NCBI GenBank assembly: GCA_965215195.1 | Contig: CBDCDC010000002.1 | Coordinates: 4,288,001 to 4,352,000 of the forward strand | DNA: 64,000 nt | Reading direction: 5' to 3' | Source of the DNA: Candidatus Latescibacterota bacterium | Lineage (GTDB): Bacteria; Latescibacterota; UBA2968; UBA8231 | Shown: one piece after another, positions 37,201 through 46,227 of the stretch | Layout of the letters: each line of letters opens with the position of its first letter | Position numbering within the stretch: position 1 is the first letter of the stretch | The notes under the pieces: generated by a model | What the model saw: the letters and a program-made list of their open reading frames with translations, nothing else | Databases searched by the model: none | Told to the model about the DNA's origin: nothing | Position numbers and translations under genes: made by a program

Positions 37201-37444
37201 GATCGTAGCCCTCTTCGAGGTACTCGATCGCCCGCACGGCCAGATTTTGGAATTCAGGCTCAAAGTGCAGCTCTATGTGCTCGCTTTCGAGGATCTCCCA
37301 CTGGAAGTCTCGATAGCGGACCTTGTTTTTCCCGAATCCCTGCTGTAACTGCAAGGTGAGGATGTCTTGGGCGCCGAGGTCTGCGGTGCCCCAAGCGAGC
37401 AGGGCGGCGCAGGCGAGGCTGCGAAATCTCGTTATAGCCTGCAC
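34277..37444 (-). CDS. Omp85/BamA-family protein with N-terminal MA-clan metallopeptidase domain and PD40 propeller
   Basis: GTG start 7 nt after AGGAG; FGKNKVRY; HELTH...WLMEGMAEY; WSPDG repeats; LRGY, NAELRVP, FVDVGMAW; ends FGQSF. Confidence 0.88.
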   Translation of the reverse strand: MQAITRFRSLACAALLAWGTADLGAQDILTLQLQQGFGKNKVRYRDFQWEILESEHIELHFEPEFQNLAVRAIEYLEEGYDHISQILHHELSHRPPVVIYQSHYQFQQTNIFPDFLPPGVAGFAEPLRFRMVVPFAGDLDEFRNVLVHELTHIFQYDIVHKGPIRRITSPIVQPPTWLMEGMAEYTTPGRNTVDEMVLRDAVLTDGLIPLETMNQAWGQGNVFLAYKQSHALMEYIAQQYGPEKISRILRLWDSQHDTDKLMDRLIGMDLKTLDERWSAQMRKTYWPLLQTRDYTSEFAEKIGDDENIHSFSSACWSLSGDMLAVHSSDGIEQHVDIIRLRDASLVERVTESMRAADYDHLSIGSGTVAWAQDGQTIAFVAKEGPRDRIMLWNLYDKELVQTLTLPDMDLVESLTWAPDSRRLAFIGTGQGQSDLYIIDVQTGERRQLTGTPEREDYPNWSPDGQRIAFSTKYRNQFNIKVYDLTEDVAHTAISSPTDDLWPQWLPEGNKLLFVSTRDKINDLFVYHLDEGREFRLTRSLSGIMNPALSPDGRQIVFNTYFKGRSHLYRMAMPEWPEVKRKDAQLLARVAEAAPPAATEAPAPEPPPARPAVQGDAALSDQGGTPDLGQVLALKDQGISDAAVLLAESSGPAPPTEASGPAAPTKPQEPQAAVQLAADDGELELRRRRYTPKLEFDGISVQMGYFDGFLSSVAQLSMSDLLGNHSLILATDYVAAQDISNDFNFAASYNYYGKRPTYRVSIFNWNQYFINNRNFIVPGRSPTRGISRLQQRGALANASYPLDLYRRLDLSYTYVGEQEEQISPIYEADSTATSTHLFKTAYVHDSITYGLLGATAGKRYFLSVGRTLDLGSATRSFSHLELDYRQYVRLGRWSVLGLRAYGVGSLGRNALEYNLGGPVWYLPFYTGFNLNTGPLRGYPFSTFTGSRVLLTNAELRVPFVRGILFGWPGTFLIPAIDGSLFVDVGMAWDEDDEIDLWPFHNPHDAPASSPRQVHASVGFGFLVYFLLPMNFEFARQMDMQGNFSDFKFHFSFGQSF

Positions 37445-37446
37445 GT

Positions 37447-38034
37447 TCACTCTCCTGTGGATGTAGGTGAATTGTCTGGGCGTCCGGTCCGCGGCGGCTG
37501 GCCATGGTTCAACTTGAATATATCGAGTGAGCCTGTAGAGTCGAGGCTGGCCTGTTGGTATTGTTGCAAGTGGCGCAAATTGGCTGCATAGGCTTCTTGG
37601 GCGGGGTTGAGGGCCTGCGCCCGGCCGTAGAATTGAGCGGCTTTGTCGGTCATGCCGAGCCGCTCGTAGATGACCCCGAGGTTGTTGTGCAGGCTGGCCG
37701 ACAAGCTGTCTTGCGCTAGGGCGCGCTCCAGGTGCGACTGGGCCTCGTTCCACATGGCGTTCTCAATGCACCAGAGCGCGTATTTGTTGACCTGCTCGAT
37801 GTTTTGCAACTGCTGGCGCGAGCGCTTGGGGCGATCTACGACGACTAGCACCGGCGTGGGTTGCACGGCTGCCGCGCTCGCGGCCGTGGTGTCGGCGGCA
37901 CTGACTCGCTCGTAGCCGATGGGTGCGCCCGCTGGCGGCCGGCGCACCAGATCTAGACAGCCGTGCAGACACAGCGCACCCAAGCCAAAGGCCACGAGGC
38001 GCAAGGTGTTTTTCAAGGAGCCATTCACGCGCAA
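37447..38034 (-). CDS. TPR-repeat lipoprotein
   Basis: Lipobox LHGC; ASLHNNLGVIYERLGMTDKAAQFYGRAQALNP. Confidence 0.8.
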   Translation of the reverse strand: MRVNGSLKNTLRLVAFGLGALCLHGCLDLVRRPPAGAPIGYERVSAADTTAASAAAVQPTPVLVVVDRPKRSRQQLQNIEQVNKYALWCIENAMWNEAQSHLERALAQDSLSASLHNNLGVIYERLGMTDKAAQFYGRAQALNPAQEAYAANLRHLQQYQQASLDSTGSLDIFKLNHGQPPRTGRPDNSPTSTGE

Positions 38035-38372
38035 TTTTCCTAGGCGCGAGGTCGTTCTCGCCTTGCGCCATTATAATTAGAAATATAACAAACAGAAACA
38101 CTTTGAACTATTTTCCGCGCTGCTGCCTCCGCAAGCCATCTGTTCCCATCCGGCGACGAGCTAGTTCGGTGCCGCATAAGAGCAAGCGAAAAGGCGCGTT
38201 ATGGCAGAACTTGATTATAGAGAGACAGCGCAAGGGGGCGATTCGTTCCTTTTACTTTATCGCCATCGGCTGGCGGTCCACCGCAAGCTGCGCGGATCGG
38301 TAGCATCCCATCTGCATGCGGGCAATGCGGACGGCTGCATAGCACATAAACTACTTTAGCGAGGGGCGATCT

Positions 38373-39476
38373 ATGCTGAATCGGGTCCTTAAAATTGCGG
38401 CGGCCTTGGCGTGCGCGTGGGCGTGTCCGAGCGGTGCCCAGCCGGTCCACGAGACAGTTGGCTGGCGCCCGACCGCGGTGCCGCTGCTGAATTTTAGCTC
38501 GGACGACGGCATCGGATACGGGCTGCGGGCCAATCTCTTCGAATACGACGGCCAGAGCGTACCCTATCGCCGCAAATACAGCGCCCAAGTATTTATCTCA
38601 ACCAAGGGCAAGTGGGTACATCACCTGCTCGTCGACGCGCCCGAATTCCGGCGCGGACAGCGGCTCGAGGTCGAACTGGTTTACGAGAAGGAGGATTTCG
38701 CCAATTACTACGGCGGCCTCAGCGACGAGGATATCGCCGGGTATTCGCGAGACCAGAGGACGTTCCGGTACGCTTTCCCGGAATTCAAAGTCAAGTGGAT
38801 CCGGACCTTGCGCTTGCCTTGGCGTCTGCGCATCGGGGGGCGTTTGAGCCACAGCGATATCGAGCCAAACGCGGCCGATGGCGTCCTCTCTGCGCTCGAC
38901 CCCCCCGGCGCGGACGGGGGCGCGTTCGCCCAGCTCGTCGGCTCGCTGCGCTACGACACGCGCGACAACTACAACAACGCGACCTCGGGCGTACTGGAGG
39001 AGTTGCTGGTGGACTTAGGGGTTGGTGGCGGTGGAGATTACCGGGGGGCGACGCTCAGTTTCGACCACCGGCACTTCCACGCCTTGGGGCGCGGGCTGGT
39101 GGCCGCCAACCGCCTGCGCGTCAACTGGACCATCGGTGCCCTACCCTTCTACGAGGAACTGGACATGGGGGGCAGCGGCACGGTCCGCGGCCTAGCCAGT
39201 GCTAGGGAGCGGGGCGAAGCGCGGATCGTGTTCAACGGCGAGCTGCGCTGGCGCGGGCTGCCGGTATGGCGTCGGCAGCACCTGTATCTGGGGCTGGTGG
39301 CCTTCGGCGACATCGGGCAGATCTTCGCCCGCGACGCGCTGCCAACGAGCGGCGGGTGGCGTCGCGGCCGCGGCATGGGGCTGCGTTGCCACTGGCAGAG
39401 CACGATCGTGCGGGCCGACTACGGCACCTCGGGTGGCCGCAGGGCACTCTACATCACCTTTTCACAGGTTTTCTGA
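38373..39476 (+). CDS. Barrel-only Omp85/TamA-family protein (no POTRA domains)
   Basis: PLLNFSSDDGIGYG, YDTRDN, GGSGTVRG, FGDIGQ, RADYG, ends FSQVF. Confidence 0.82.
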   Translation: MLNRVLKIAAALACAWACPSGAQPVHETVGWRPTAVPLLNFSSDDGIGYGLRANLFEYDGQSVPYRRKYSAQVFISTKGKWVHHLLVDAPEFRRGQRLEVELVYEKEDFANYYGGLSDEDIAGYSRDQRTFRYAFPEFKVKWIRTLRLPWRLRIGGRLSHSDIEPNAADGVLSALDPPGADGGAFAQLVGSLRYDTRDNYNNATSGVLEELLVDLGVGGGGDYRGATLSFDHRHFHALGRGLVAANRLRVNWTIGALPFYEELDMGGSGTVRGLASARERGEARIVFNGELRWRGLPVWRRQHLYLGLVAFGDIGQIFARDALPTSGGWRRGRGMGLRCHWQSTIVRADYGTSGGRRALYITFSQVF

Positions 39477-39492
39477 GAATCCTCAGGGCGGC

Positions 39493-40191
39493 ATGGAACT
39501 ATTCTCGGCGCGCCACCTGTTCTGGATCGGAGTGGCCGCGCTCTTCGCTGCGGGCTGCGCCAATATGAGGCGCTGGCCGCCGACTGGGCGAGCCCATGCG
39601 GCCTTCCGGCTCGCGCTTTTCGCCCTTGTGCTGGTCAACGAACTCGGCTGGTTCGCCTATCGGCACTTCGTCGTTGGCATCCCCATCGCCGACAACTTGC
39701 CCCTGCACCTGTGCGACTTGTCGGTATTCGTCCTGTTCGCCGGGCTGGCAACAGGTGGGAGGCTGTGGTCCGAACTGGCGTATTACGCGGGGGTAGTCGG
39801 TGCTCTGCTGGCGGTGTGTTTCCCGGCGATCTCAGAGACCGGGTCAATCCGCTTCATCGCCGAAATCCGCTATTTCCTAACCCATGTGGCCTTGGTCGGC
39901 GCGGGGTTCTATTTCACCTTTGGCTGCTGCTACCGCCCGCCAGCGCAGGCGATCCTGCGCAGCTATATCGCCGTCCACCTCTACGCCTTGGCCATTACCC
40001 CGCTCAATCTGTATCTCGGGACTAATTACTTTTTTACGCTCTCAGCCCCTAAACAGCTCGCCTTTATCCACGCCTACCCGCACGGGCTCTTCCTAGTGGC
40101 CGTCTCGGCCATCTTTCTCACTGTTTTCGCTCTAATGCACCTGCCCTTTGCGTGGCAGCGTAGTCGTCGCGGCGACTCGGCCCGCCAATGA
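39493..40191 (+). CDS. YwaF/TMEM164-like integral membrane protein
   Basis: LPLHLCD, YFLTH, NLYLGTNYFF. Confidence 0.8.
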   Translation: MELFSARHLFWIGVAALFAAGCANMRRWPPTGRAHAAFRLALFALVLVNELGWFAYRHFVVGIPIADNLPLHLCDLSVFVLFAGLATGGRLWSELAYYAGVVGALLAVCFPAISETGSIRFIAEIRYFLTHVALVGAGFYFTFGCCYRPPAQAILRSYIAVHLYALAITPLNLYLGTNYFFTLSAPKQLAFIHAYPHGLFLVAVSAIFLTVFALMHLPFAWQRSRRGDSARQ

Positions 40192-41500
40192 AGCGCCAGC
40201 AGGCCGTGGTGCTGAGGAGCAAGTAAAAAGGCGCGTATTGCGCCCACAAAACCCACGGCTTTTCGCGCCACACGCCTTCGCTGCCATAGCCGATCTGCAC
40301 CTCGTAAGCGAGGAAGATCAAGCCGCTGAGGAGCATCCAAGCGGGACTAAAAAAAAAGGCGAGGAATGGGAGGATCCAAAGCAAGTACCAAGGATGCACG
40401 GTCGGCGAGAGCAGGACGTAAGCACCGAGGGTTGCAAAGGCGGCTCGGTAGGGGTCGCGGCAGCGGATTTGGACGCCGAGGGCTATCACGGCGAAAAGGG
40501 CCGTGCAGAGCCAGCGAGCGTGTGCGTAGGCGTGGCCGTCCCACGGCTGCAAGGCAAAGCGCAAGAGCGAGTAGGCCGCCGCATTGAAGTGCCAGTGTTG
40601 CACGTAGGTCATAAGGCCGGTCGCGAGCTTTTCTCCGGCGTCGGCAAAAGGCCAAAAGACCAACAGCCCCAGCATTGGAAACAGCAGCAGGGCACTGCGC
40701 TGGCGGAAGCTGAACCAAGGGGCGCGAGGGCGACGCCAAAAGGAGGGCAACAGCGCAAGGGGCACTAGTTTGACGAGAAAGGCCCCGGCGAGGGCGCAGA
40801 TGGCTGCGGCCCAGCGCTGGCTGTGGAGTGCGTACAGGGCCGCGAAGAGGAGCAGCACGCCTAGCGCGTCAATGTGGCCGCTACCGGCGACCTCGACTAG
40901 GGGCAGGGGATTCCAAGCGTAGAGCACGACGCGGCGCGGGTCTTGGCCGCGCCGGCCGAGGATGTGTGCCAAGAGCAGGCAGAGGCCCCAGTCGCAGAGC
41001 AGCAGGGCCAATTTGAACGCGGCCGGCGTCGCGCTTAGCGCGCAAATCGCGCGAAAGAAAAGCTGCGCCAGCGGCGGATAAATCGTGGGAATGGCGGCGT
41101 GGTTGACGCTGGGGTAGAGCGCGTCGCGCAGGTGCGCCACCTGTGGTGCCGAGGGCGCGTAGAGGTACGGATTGATGCCGGCTAGCTGGACGCGGCCATC
41201 CCAGACGTAGCGGAAAATGTCGTCCGAGAGCGTGGCCGGGCTCCACCACAGCGTCAGGCGGAAGACGAGGGCCGCGCCGAGAATTAGGTGTGGTCGCCCG
41301 GAGGGCGCGCCGGGTCGCAGGACGAGGTACGCGGCGAGCGCGTAGCAGCAAAAAGCGGGAAAGACGCCGGCCCACAGCGCCCCGATCTGGCGCTGGAGAT
41401 CGCCGAGAAAGACCAGATAGCAGCAACAGGCTTCAATGGCACTGGCGAGCAGCAGCAGGCGGATGGGCACGTCAGTGCTTGACGCGCCGAGCGCCGACAT
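40118..41500 (-). CDS. GT-C fold membrane glycosyltransferase (GT87/DUF2029-like)
   Basis: LSDDIFRYVWDGRV, GINPY, TIYPPLAQ, YAWNPL, GSGHID, PTVHPWY; many TM segments. Confidence 0.85.
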   Translation of the reverse strand: MSALGASSTDVPIRLLLLASAIEACCCYLVFLGDLQRQIGALWAGVFPAFCCYALAAYLVLRPGAPSGRPHLILGAALVFRLTLWWSPATLSDDIFRYVWDGRVQLAGINPYLYAPSAPQVAHLRDALYPSVNHAAIPTIYPPLAQLFFRAICALSATPAAFKLALLLCDWGLCLLLAHILGRRGQDPRRVVLYAWNPLPLVEVAGSGHIDALGVLLLFAALYALHSQRWAAAICALAGAFLVKLVPLALLPSFWRRPRAPWFSFRQRSALLLFPMLGLLVFWPFADAGEKLATGLMTYVQHWHFNAAAYSLLRFALQPWDGHAYAHARWLCTALFAVIALGVQIRCRDPYRAAFATLGAYVLLSPTVHPWYLLWILPFLAFFFSPAWMLLSGLIFLAYEVQIGYGSEGVWREKPWVLWAQYAPFYLLLSTTACWRFIGGPSRRDDYAATQRAGALERKQ

Positions 41501-41981
41501 AGCGGAGGCGGAAATAAGGGTGGTCGAGCGCGGTAATGGTCGCCCCGGTGCTCACGCCCACGTGGGCGAAGCGCCCCTTGCCGAGGTAAATCCCAATGTG
41601 AGAAACGCCCGGTCCTGAGAAGGTATCTCTAAAGAAAACCAGATCCCCTGATTTGAGGTCCTGCCGTCGGTTGACAGTGCGGCCAACTCGGTATATCTGC
41701 CTAGTGGTGCGAGGCAGTTCGATGCCATAAGTCTGGCGGAAAATGGCGCGGGCAAAGGCCGAGCAGTCCATGCCAGCGCGGGTGGTGCCACCCCACTTGT
41801 AGGGTACGCCGAGATAGCCTTCGACGACGCGAGCGAGGCGGTTGGGGCTGGCGCGGCGGCGTTCTTTGAGTTCGCGCACCACGCTGTCCGAATCCGCGGA
41901 GTCGGCGGTATAACGCGGGGCCGAGCGGATTGAGCAGCTACAGGTGGCGAGGAGGCACAAGCAGAGCAGGCGGCACAACAT
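41472..41981 (-). CDS. NlpC/P60 (C40) peptidoglycan peptidase lipoprotein
   Basis: YLGVPYKWGG, GMDCSAF, LPRT, GDLVFF, HIGIYLG. Confidence 0.93.
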   Translation of the reverse strand: MLCRLLCLCLLATCSCSIRSAPRYTADSADSDSVVRELKERRRASPNRLARVVEGYLGVPYKWGGTTRAGMDCSAFARAIFRQTYGIELPRTTRQIYRVGRTVNRRQDLKSGDLVFFRDTFSGPGVSHIGIYLGKGRFAHVGVSTGATITALDHPYFRLRYVGARRVKH

Positions 41982-41985
41982 GCGG

Positions 41986-42837
41986 TCATGGATACGAGAA
42001 AAACCCGCGGCCCGTCTTGCGCCCCAGCGCGCCTTGATCGACTAGCTGGCGCAGCAGGGGGCAGGGGCGGTATTTGGGGTTGCCGAAGCGTTGTTCAAAA
42101 GATTCGAGGATGTGCAAGGTCACGTCGAGTCCGACGAAGTCGGCAAGGGCTAGGGGGCCTAGGGGATGGCTCGCCCCCAGCACCATCACCCGGTCGATGT
42201 CTGCGGCGCTGGCCACGCCTTCGGCGAGGGCGTAGATGGCTTCGTTGATCATGGGAAAGAGGATGCGGTTGGCCGCAAACCCCGGGCTGTTGGCGACTGA
42301 GATGGGGGTCTTGCCTAGGTCTTGGGCCAAGGCCATGATGGCGGCAAAGGTCTCGTCCGAAGTCTCAGCTGCGCGCACCACTTCGACGAGGGGCATGATC
42401 GGGGGTGGGTTGAAGAAGTGCATGCCGATTACTTTGTCCGGCCGCCCGGCCGCGGCCGCGAGGGCGTCGATGTCGAGGCCAGAGGTATTGCTGGCGAGGA
42501 TGGCCTCGGGTCGGGCGAGTTGGCCGAGGCGAGCGAAGACCGCGCATTTGAGATCGAGGCGTTCGGGCACGGCTTCGATAACTAGGTCGGCAATGCTCGC
42601 GTCGGCCATATCGTCGATGCCGCGTAGGGCGGCGGTGGCCGCTTCGCTGGCGGCCGGCTCTAATCGACCTTTGGCGGCTTGTTGGCACAGGCGTGCGGCG
42701 ATGGAGGCGAGGCCCTGTGCGCGGGCGCAGGGGTCTGCGTCGTAGAGCAAGACTTCCCGGCTGGCCTGGGCCAAAACTTGGGCAATGCCGCGCCCCATAG
42801 TGCCGGCCCCAATGACGGCAATGCGTTTGAGATTCAT
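41986..42837 (-). CDS. hbd: 3-hydroxybutyryl-CoA dehydrogenase
   Basis: [51 protein letters not shown]. Confidence 0.9.
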   Translation of the reverse strand: MNLKRIAVIGAGTMGRGIAQVLAQASREVLLYDADPCARAQGLASIAARLCQQAAKGRLEPAASEAATAALRGIDDMADASIADLVIEAVPERLDLKCAVFARLGQLARPEAILASNTSGLDIDALAAAAGRPDKVIGMHFFNPPPIMPLVEVVRAAETSDETFAAIMALAQDLGKTPISVANSPGFAANRILFPMINEAIYALAEGVASAADIDRVMVLGASHPLGPLALADFVGLDVTLHILESFEQRFGNPKYRPCPLLRQLVDQGALGRKTGRGFFSYP

Positions 42838-42980
42838 ATCGTCGCCCGGAGGTGGGTTTTAATCGGCCGTACCATGTTACCCAGTAGCGGCTTACTAACT
42901 AAATATATTGCGGGAGCCAAGAGATCGCCTAGATTGATTGCCTCGCCGCTGGGGCGCAACAATAAAAGCAGGGGAAAATT

Positions 42981-44702
42981 ATGGCAGCAGATCGCGGAAA
43001 ACTGAGGAGCGCCGACTGGTTTGGACGCGAGGACAAAGGCGGGTTCATTCACCGCAGCTGGATGAAGCGCGGCCTGCCCGAACACGAATTCGACGGCCGC
43101 CCGGTCATCGGCATCTGCAACACGTGGTCCGAACTAACGCCGTGCAATATCCACTTCCGCGACTTGGCCGAAGCCGTCAAGCGCGGCGTGTACGAAGCCG
43201 GGGGGTTGCCGGTGGAATTCCCGGTCACCTCGCTGGGCGAGCCCATCATGCGGCCGACGACCATGCTCTTCCGCAACTTGGCGAGCATGGACGTGGAGGA
43301 GTGCATTCGCGCCAACCCGGTCGACGGCGTGGTGCTCCTGACCGGGTGCGACAAGACCACGCCAGCGTGCTTGATGGGGGCGGCCAGCGTAGATTTGCCG
43401 ACGATTGTCGTGCCCGGCGGCCCCATGCTCAACGGCAAGTACCGCGGCAGCGATATTGGTTCGGGAACAGACGTGTGGAAGTTCAGCGAGGACTTTCGCG
43501 CCGGGAAGATGACGCGCGAGGAGTTCGGCCTGGCCGAGGACGGCATGACGCGCTCGGATGGGCACTGCATGACGATGGGCACGGCCTCGACGATGGCCTG
43601 TATGGTCGAGGCCCTCGGCATGACCCTGCCCGGCGGCGCGGCGATCCCGGCCCCGGACTCGCGGCGCAAGGTGCTGGCGCATCTGGCCGGGTCGCGCATC
43701 GTCGAGATGGTGGGCGAAGACCTCAAGATGTCCAACATCCTCGGGCGTACGGCCTTTGAGAATGCCATCAAGGTCAACGCGGCCATCGGCGGTTCGACCA
43801 ACTGCGTCGTCCACTTGCTGGCCCTCGCCGGGCGCGTCGGCGTCGAGTTGTCCTTGGACGACTTCGACCGCCTCGGCAGCGAGCTGCCGCTATTGGTCAA
43901 TTTGATGCCCGCCGGCAAGTACCTGATGGAGGATTTTTATTACGCCGGTGGCTTGCCGGTGGTGATCCAAGAACTGAAGAATTCCCTGCATCTAGACGCT
44001 TTGACGGCGACGGGCCAGTCGCTCGGCGAGAATATCGCCGGGGCAGTCTGCTACAATCGCGCCGTGATTGCGCCGCTAGATGAGCCGTTGATCGAGGCCG
44101 CGGGTTTGGCCGTGCTGCGGGGCAATGTTTGCGAGGACGGGGCGATCATCAAGCCATCGGCCGCCGCGCCCGAGCTGATGCAGCACCGCGGCCGAGCGGT
44201 GGTCTTCGAGACGATTGAGGACTATCACCAACGGATCGACAGCCCGGATTTGGCCGTGGATGAGTCGAGTGTATTGGTCTTGCAAAACGTCGGGCCGGTT
44301 GGCTATCCAGGCATGGCCGAAGTCGGCAATATGGGCTTGCCCAAGAAGTTGCTCGAAAAGGGCGTACGGGACATGGTGCGCATTTCCGATGGCCGCATGA
44401 GCGGCACGGCTTATGGTACCGTGATCCTGCACGTGGCCCCGGAAGCGGCCATTGGCGGCTCGCTGGCGCTGGTGCGCGATGGCGACGCGATCGAGCTCGA
44501 CGTAGCAAGCCGGCGGCTGCACCTAGACGTGCCGGACGAGGAGCTGGCGCGCCGCCGGGCGGCTTGGCAGCCCCCCGCGCCCCACGATACCCGGGGCTAC
44601 GTCAGCCTCTATATCGACCACGTGATGCAGGCCGACAAAGGAGTTGACTTCGACTTCTTGGTCGGCAAGTCCAGTGCCGTTGTAACGCGCGAGGCGCACT
44701 AA
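42981..44702 (+). CDS. IlvD/Edd-family sugar-acid dehydratase (pentonate dehydratase-like)
   Basis: NTWSELTPCN, GCDKTTP, GHCMTMGTASTM, GGSTN, SDGRMSGTAYG. Confidence 0.9.
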   Translation: MAADRGKLRSADWFGREDKGGFIHRSWMKRGLPEHEFDGRPVIGICNTWSELTPCNIHFRDLAEAVKRGVYEAGGLPVEFPVTSLGEPIMRPTTMLFRNLASMDVEECIRANPVDGVVLLTGCDKTTPACLMGAASVDLPTIVVPGGPMLNGKYRGSDIGSGTDVWKFSEDFRAGKMTREEFGLAEDGMTRSDGHCMTMGTASTMACMVEALGMTLPGGAAIPAPDSRRKVLAHLAGSRIVEMVGEDLKMSNILGRTAFENAIKVNAAIGGSTNCVVHLLALAGRVGVELSLDDFDRLGSELPLLVNLMPAGKYLMEDFYYAGGLPVVIQELKNSLHLDALTATGQSLGENIAGAVCYNRAVIAPLDEPLIEAAGLAVLRGNVCEDGAIIKPSAAAPELMQHRGRAVVFETIEDYHQRIDSPDLAVDESSVLVLQNVGPVGYPGMAEVGNMGLPKKLLEKGVRDMVRISDGRMSGTAYGTVILHVAPEAAIGGSLALVRDGDAIELDVASRRLHLDVPDEELARRRAAWQPPAPHDTRGYVSLYIDHVMQADKGVDFDFLVGKSSAVVTREAH

Positions 44703-44717
44703 CGAAAGGACTAGACG

Positions 44718-45851
44718 GTGAAGATCGCCAAGATCGAACAGTTTTTCCCGCGCCAGCGCATGCGCTTGGTCAAAATTACCACGGACAACGGGCTAGTCGG
44801 CTGGGGTGAAACGACCCTAGAGGGCAAGCCCAAGAGCACTTGGGCCGCAGTAGAGGAGTTGGCCGAATACTTCGTCGGCAAGGACCCACTCCGCATTGAG
44901 CACCACTGGCAGCACGTCTATCGCTCGGCCTTTTTCCGCGGCGGCAATGTGCTGATGAGCGCGCTGTCGGGCATTGACCAAGCACTGTGGGACATTGCCG
45001 GCAAGTACTACAATGTCCCCGCCTATATGCTCTTGGGCGGGGCAGTGCGCGACCGGATTCGCGTGTACGCGCACTGGGGCATCCACGGCCAGACCGACGA
45101 GGCACTCGCGGCGGCGCGGGCGCGGCTCGACGTGCTGAAAGGTTACACGGCCTTTAAGACCGGGCCGGGGGGCACGTGGCGCGCCCACGAGCCACCAGCG
45201 CGAATCGACGCGTTTGTCAAAGACGCCTATACCATGCGCGAATGGGTCGGCGACGAGGTAGAGTTGTGCTTTGACTTTCACGGCAAGATGACGCCGGGGC
45301 TGGCGATTGAGGTGTGTGGCCAGCTTGCGGGGATGCGGCCGATGTTCGTCGAAGAGCCGATTCCGCAGGAGAATGTGGATGCGCTCAAGGAGGTCTCCGA
45401 TCACGTGCCGTTCCCCATTGCCACGGGCGAGCGCCTGCTCTCGCGCTGGGAGTTTCGGGAGATTTTTGAAAAGCAGGCCGTCTCCTACATCCAACCCGAT
45501 GGCTCGCACGCCGGCGGGATCACCGAGCTGAAAAAGATCGCCAATATGGCCGAGGTCTATTACATCCACATCATGCCGCACTGCGCCATCGGCCCGGTGG
45601 CCTTTGCCGCCTGTATGCAGGTTGATGCGGTGGTGCCCAATTTCTTGGTGCAGGAACAGGTCGACGTGGGGTTGGGCGAAGGGCTGCTCACCGCGCCTTG
45701 GCAGGTGATTGACGGCCACATTGAGCTGCCGACCAAGCCGGGGTTGGGGTTTGACTTGATCGAGTCCGAGGTGGAAAAGACGCTCGAGTACACAGAGGAA
45801 TTGGGCGGCGAACTCTACTACGAAAGCGACGGCAGCGTCGCCGACTGGTAG
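44718..45851 (+). CDS. dgoD: Galactonate dehydratase-like enzyme (enolase superfamily)
   Basis: GWGE, FFRGG, SGIDQALWDIAGK, DFHG, FVEEP, ATGERL, QPD..HAGGITE, PHC. Confidence 0.8.
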   Translation: MKIAKIEQFFPRQRMRLVKITTDNGLVGWGETTLEGKPKSTWAAVEELAEYFVGKDPLRIEHHWQHVYRSAFFRGGNVLMSALSGIDQALWDIAGKYYNVPAYMLLGGAVRDRIRVYAHWGIHGQTDEALAAARARLDVLKGYTAFKTGPGGTWRAHEPPARIDAFVKDAYTMREWVGDEVELCFDFHGKMTPGLAIEVCGQLAGMRPMFVEEPIPQENVDALKEVSDHVPFPIATGERLLSRWEFREIFEKQAVSYIQPDGSHAGGITELKKIANMAEVYYIHIMPHCAIGPVAFAACMQVDAVVPNFLVQEQVDVGLGEGLLTAPWQVIDGHIELPTKPGLGFDLIESEVEKTLEYTEELGGELYYESDGSVADW

Positions 45852-45858
45852 CGTTGCC

Positions 45859-46227
45859 GTGCGCCGCCGCGCGTTTGAGAAGCTGGTGGAAAGGGCCCTT
45901 CAGCACCTGCCAGAAGAGTTTCGTCAAGTGCTGGACAACCTAGCCATCGTCGTGGAGGACTGGCCCGACCCCGCCTTGGTCGAGGAGGTAACCGGCGATC
46001 CAGAGGAAGTGCTCTACGGGCTTTTCACGGGCACACCCCTGCCCGAGCGCCGCCTCGAAGACAGCGGAGACCTGCCGCCGGTAATCGCGCTCTATCAGGG
46101 GCCTTTGGAGGAGGACTTCCCCGAGCGGGGCGAGCTGGCGCGGGAGGTGGAAACGACCTTGGTACACGAATTGGCGCACTTTATGGGCTTTGACGAAGAC
46201 GCAGTTAGAAAGTACGGCTATGAATAG
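45859..46227 (+). CDS. Minimal zincin-like metallopeptidase (DUF1025-like)
   Basis: LYGLFTGTPL, IALYQGPL, LVHELAHFMG. Confidence 0.85.
   Translation: MRRRAFEKLVERALQHLPEEFRQVLDNLAIVVEDWPDPALVEEVTGDPEEVLYGLFTGTPLPERRLEDSGDLPPVIALYQGPLEEDFPERGELAREVETTLVHELAHFMGFDEDAVRKYGYE

Noticed and set aside
37445-37753. Long N-terminal extensions in the ORF track (also for glk, ctaA, the FadL-like and YwaF-like genes, and frdD)
   Set aside because: They overlap neighbouring genes; SD-supported or motif-consistent downstream starts were used instead.
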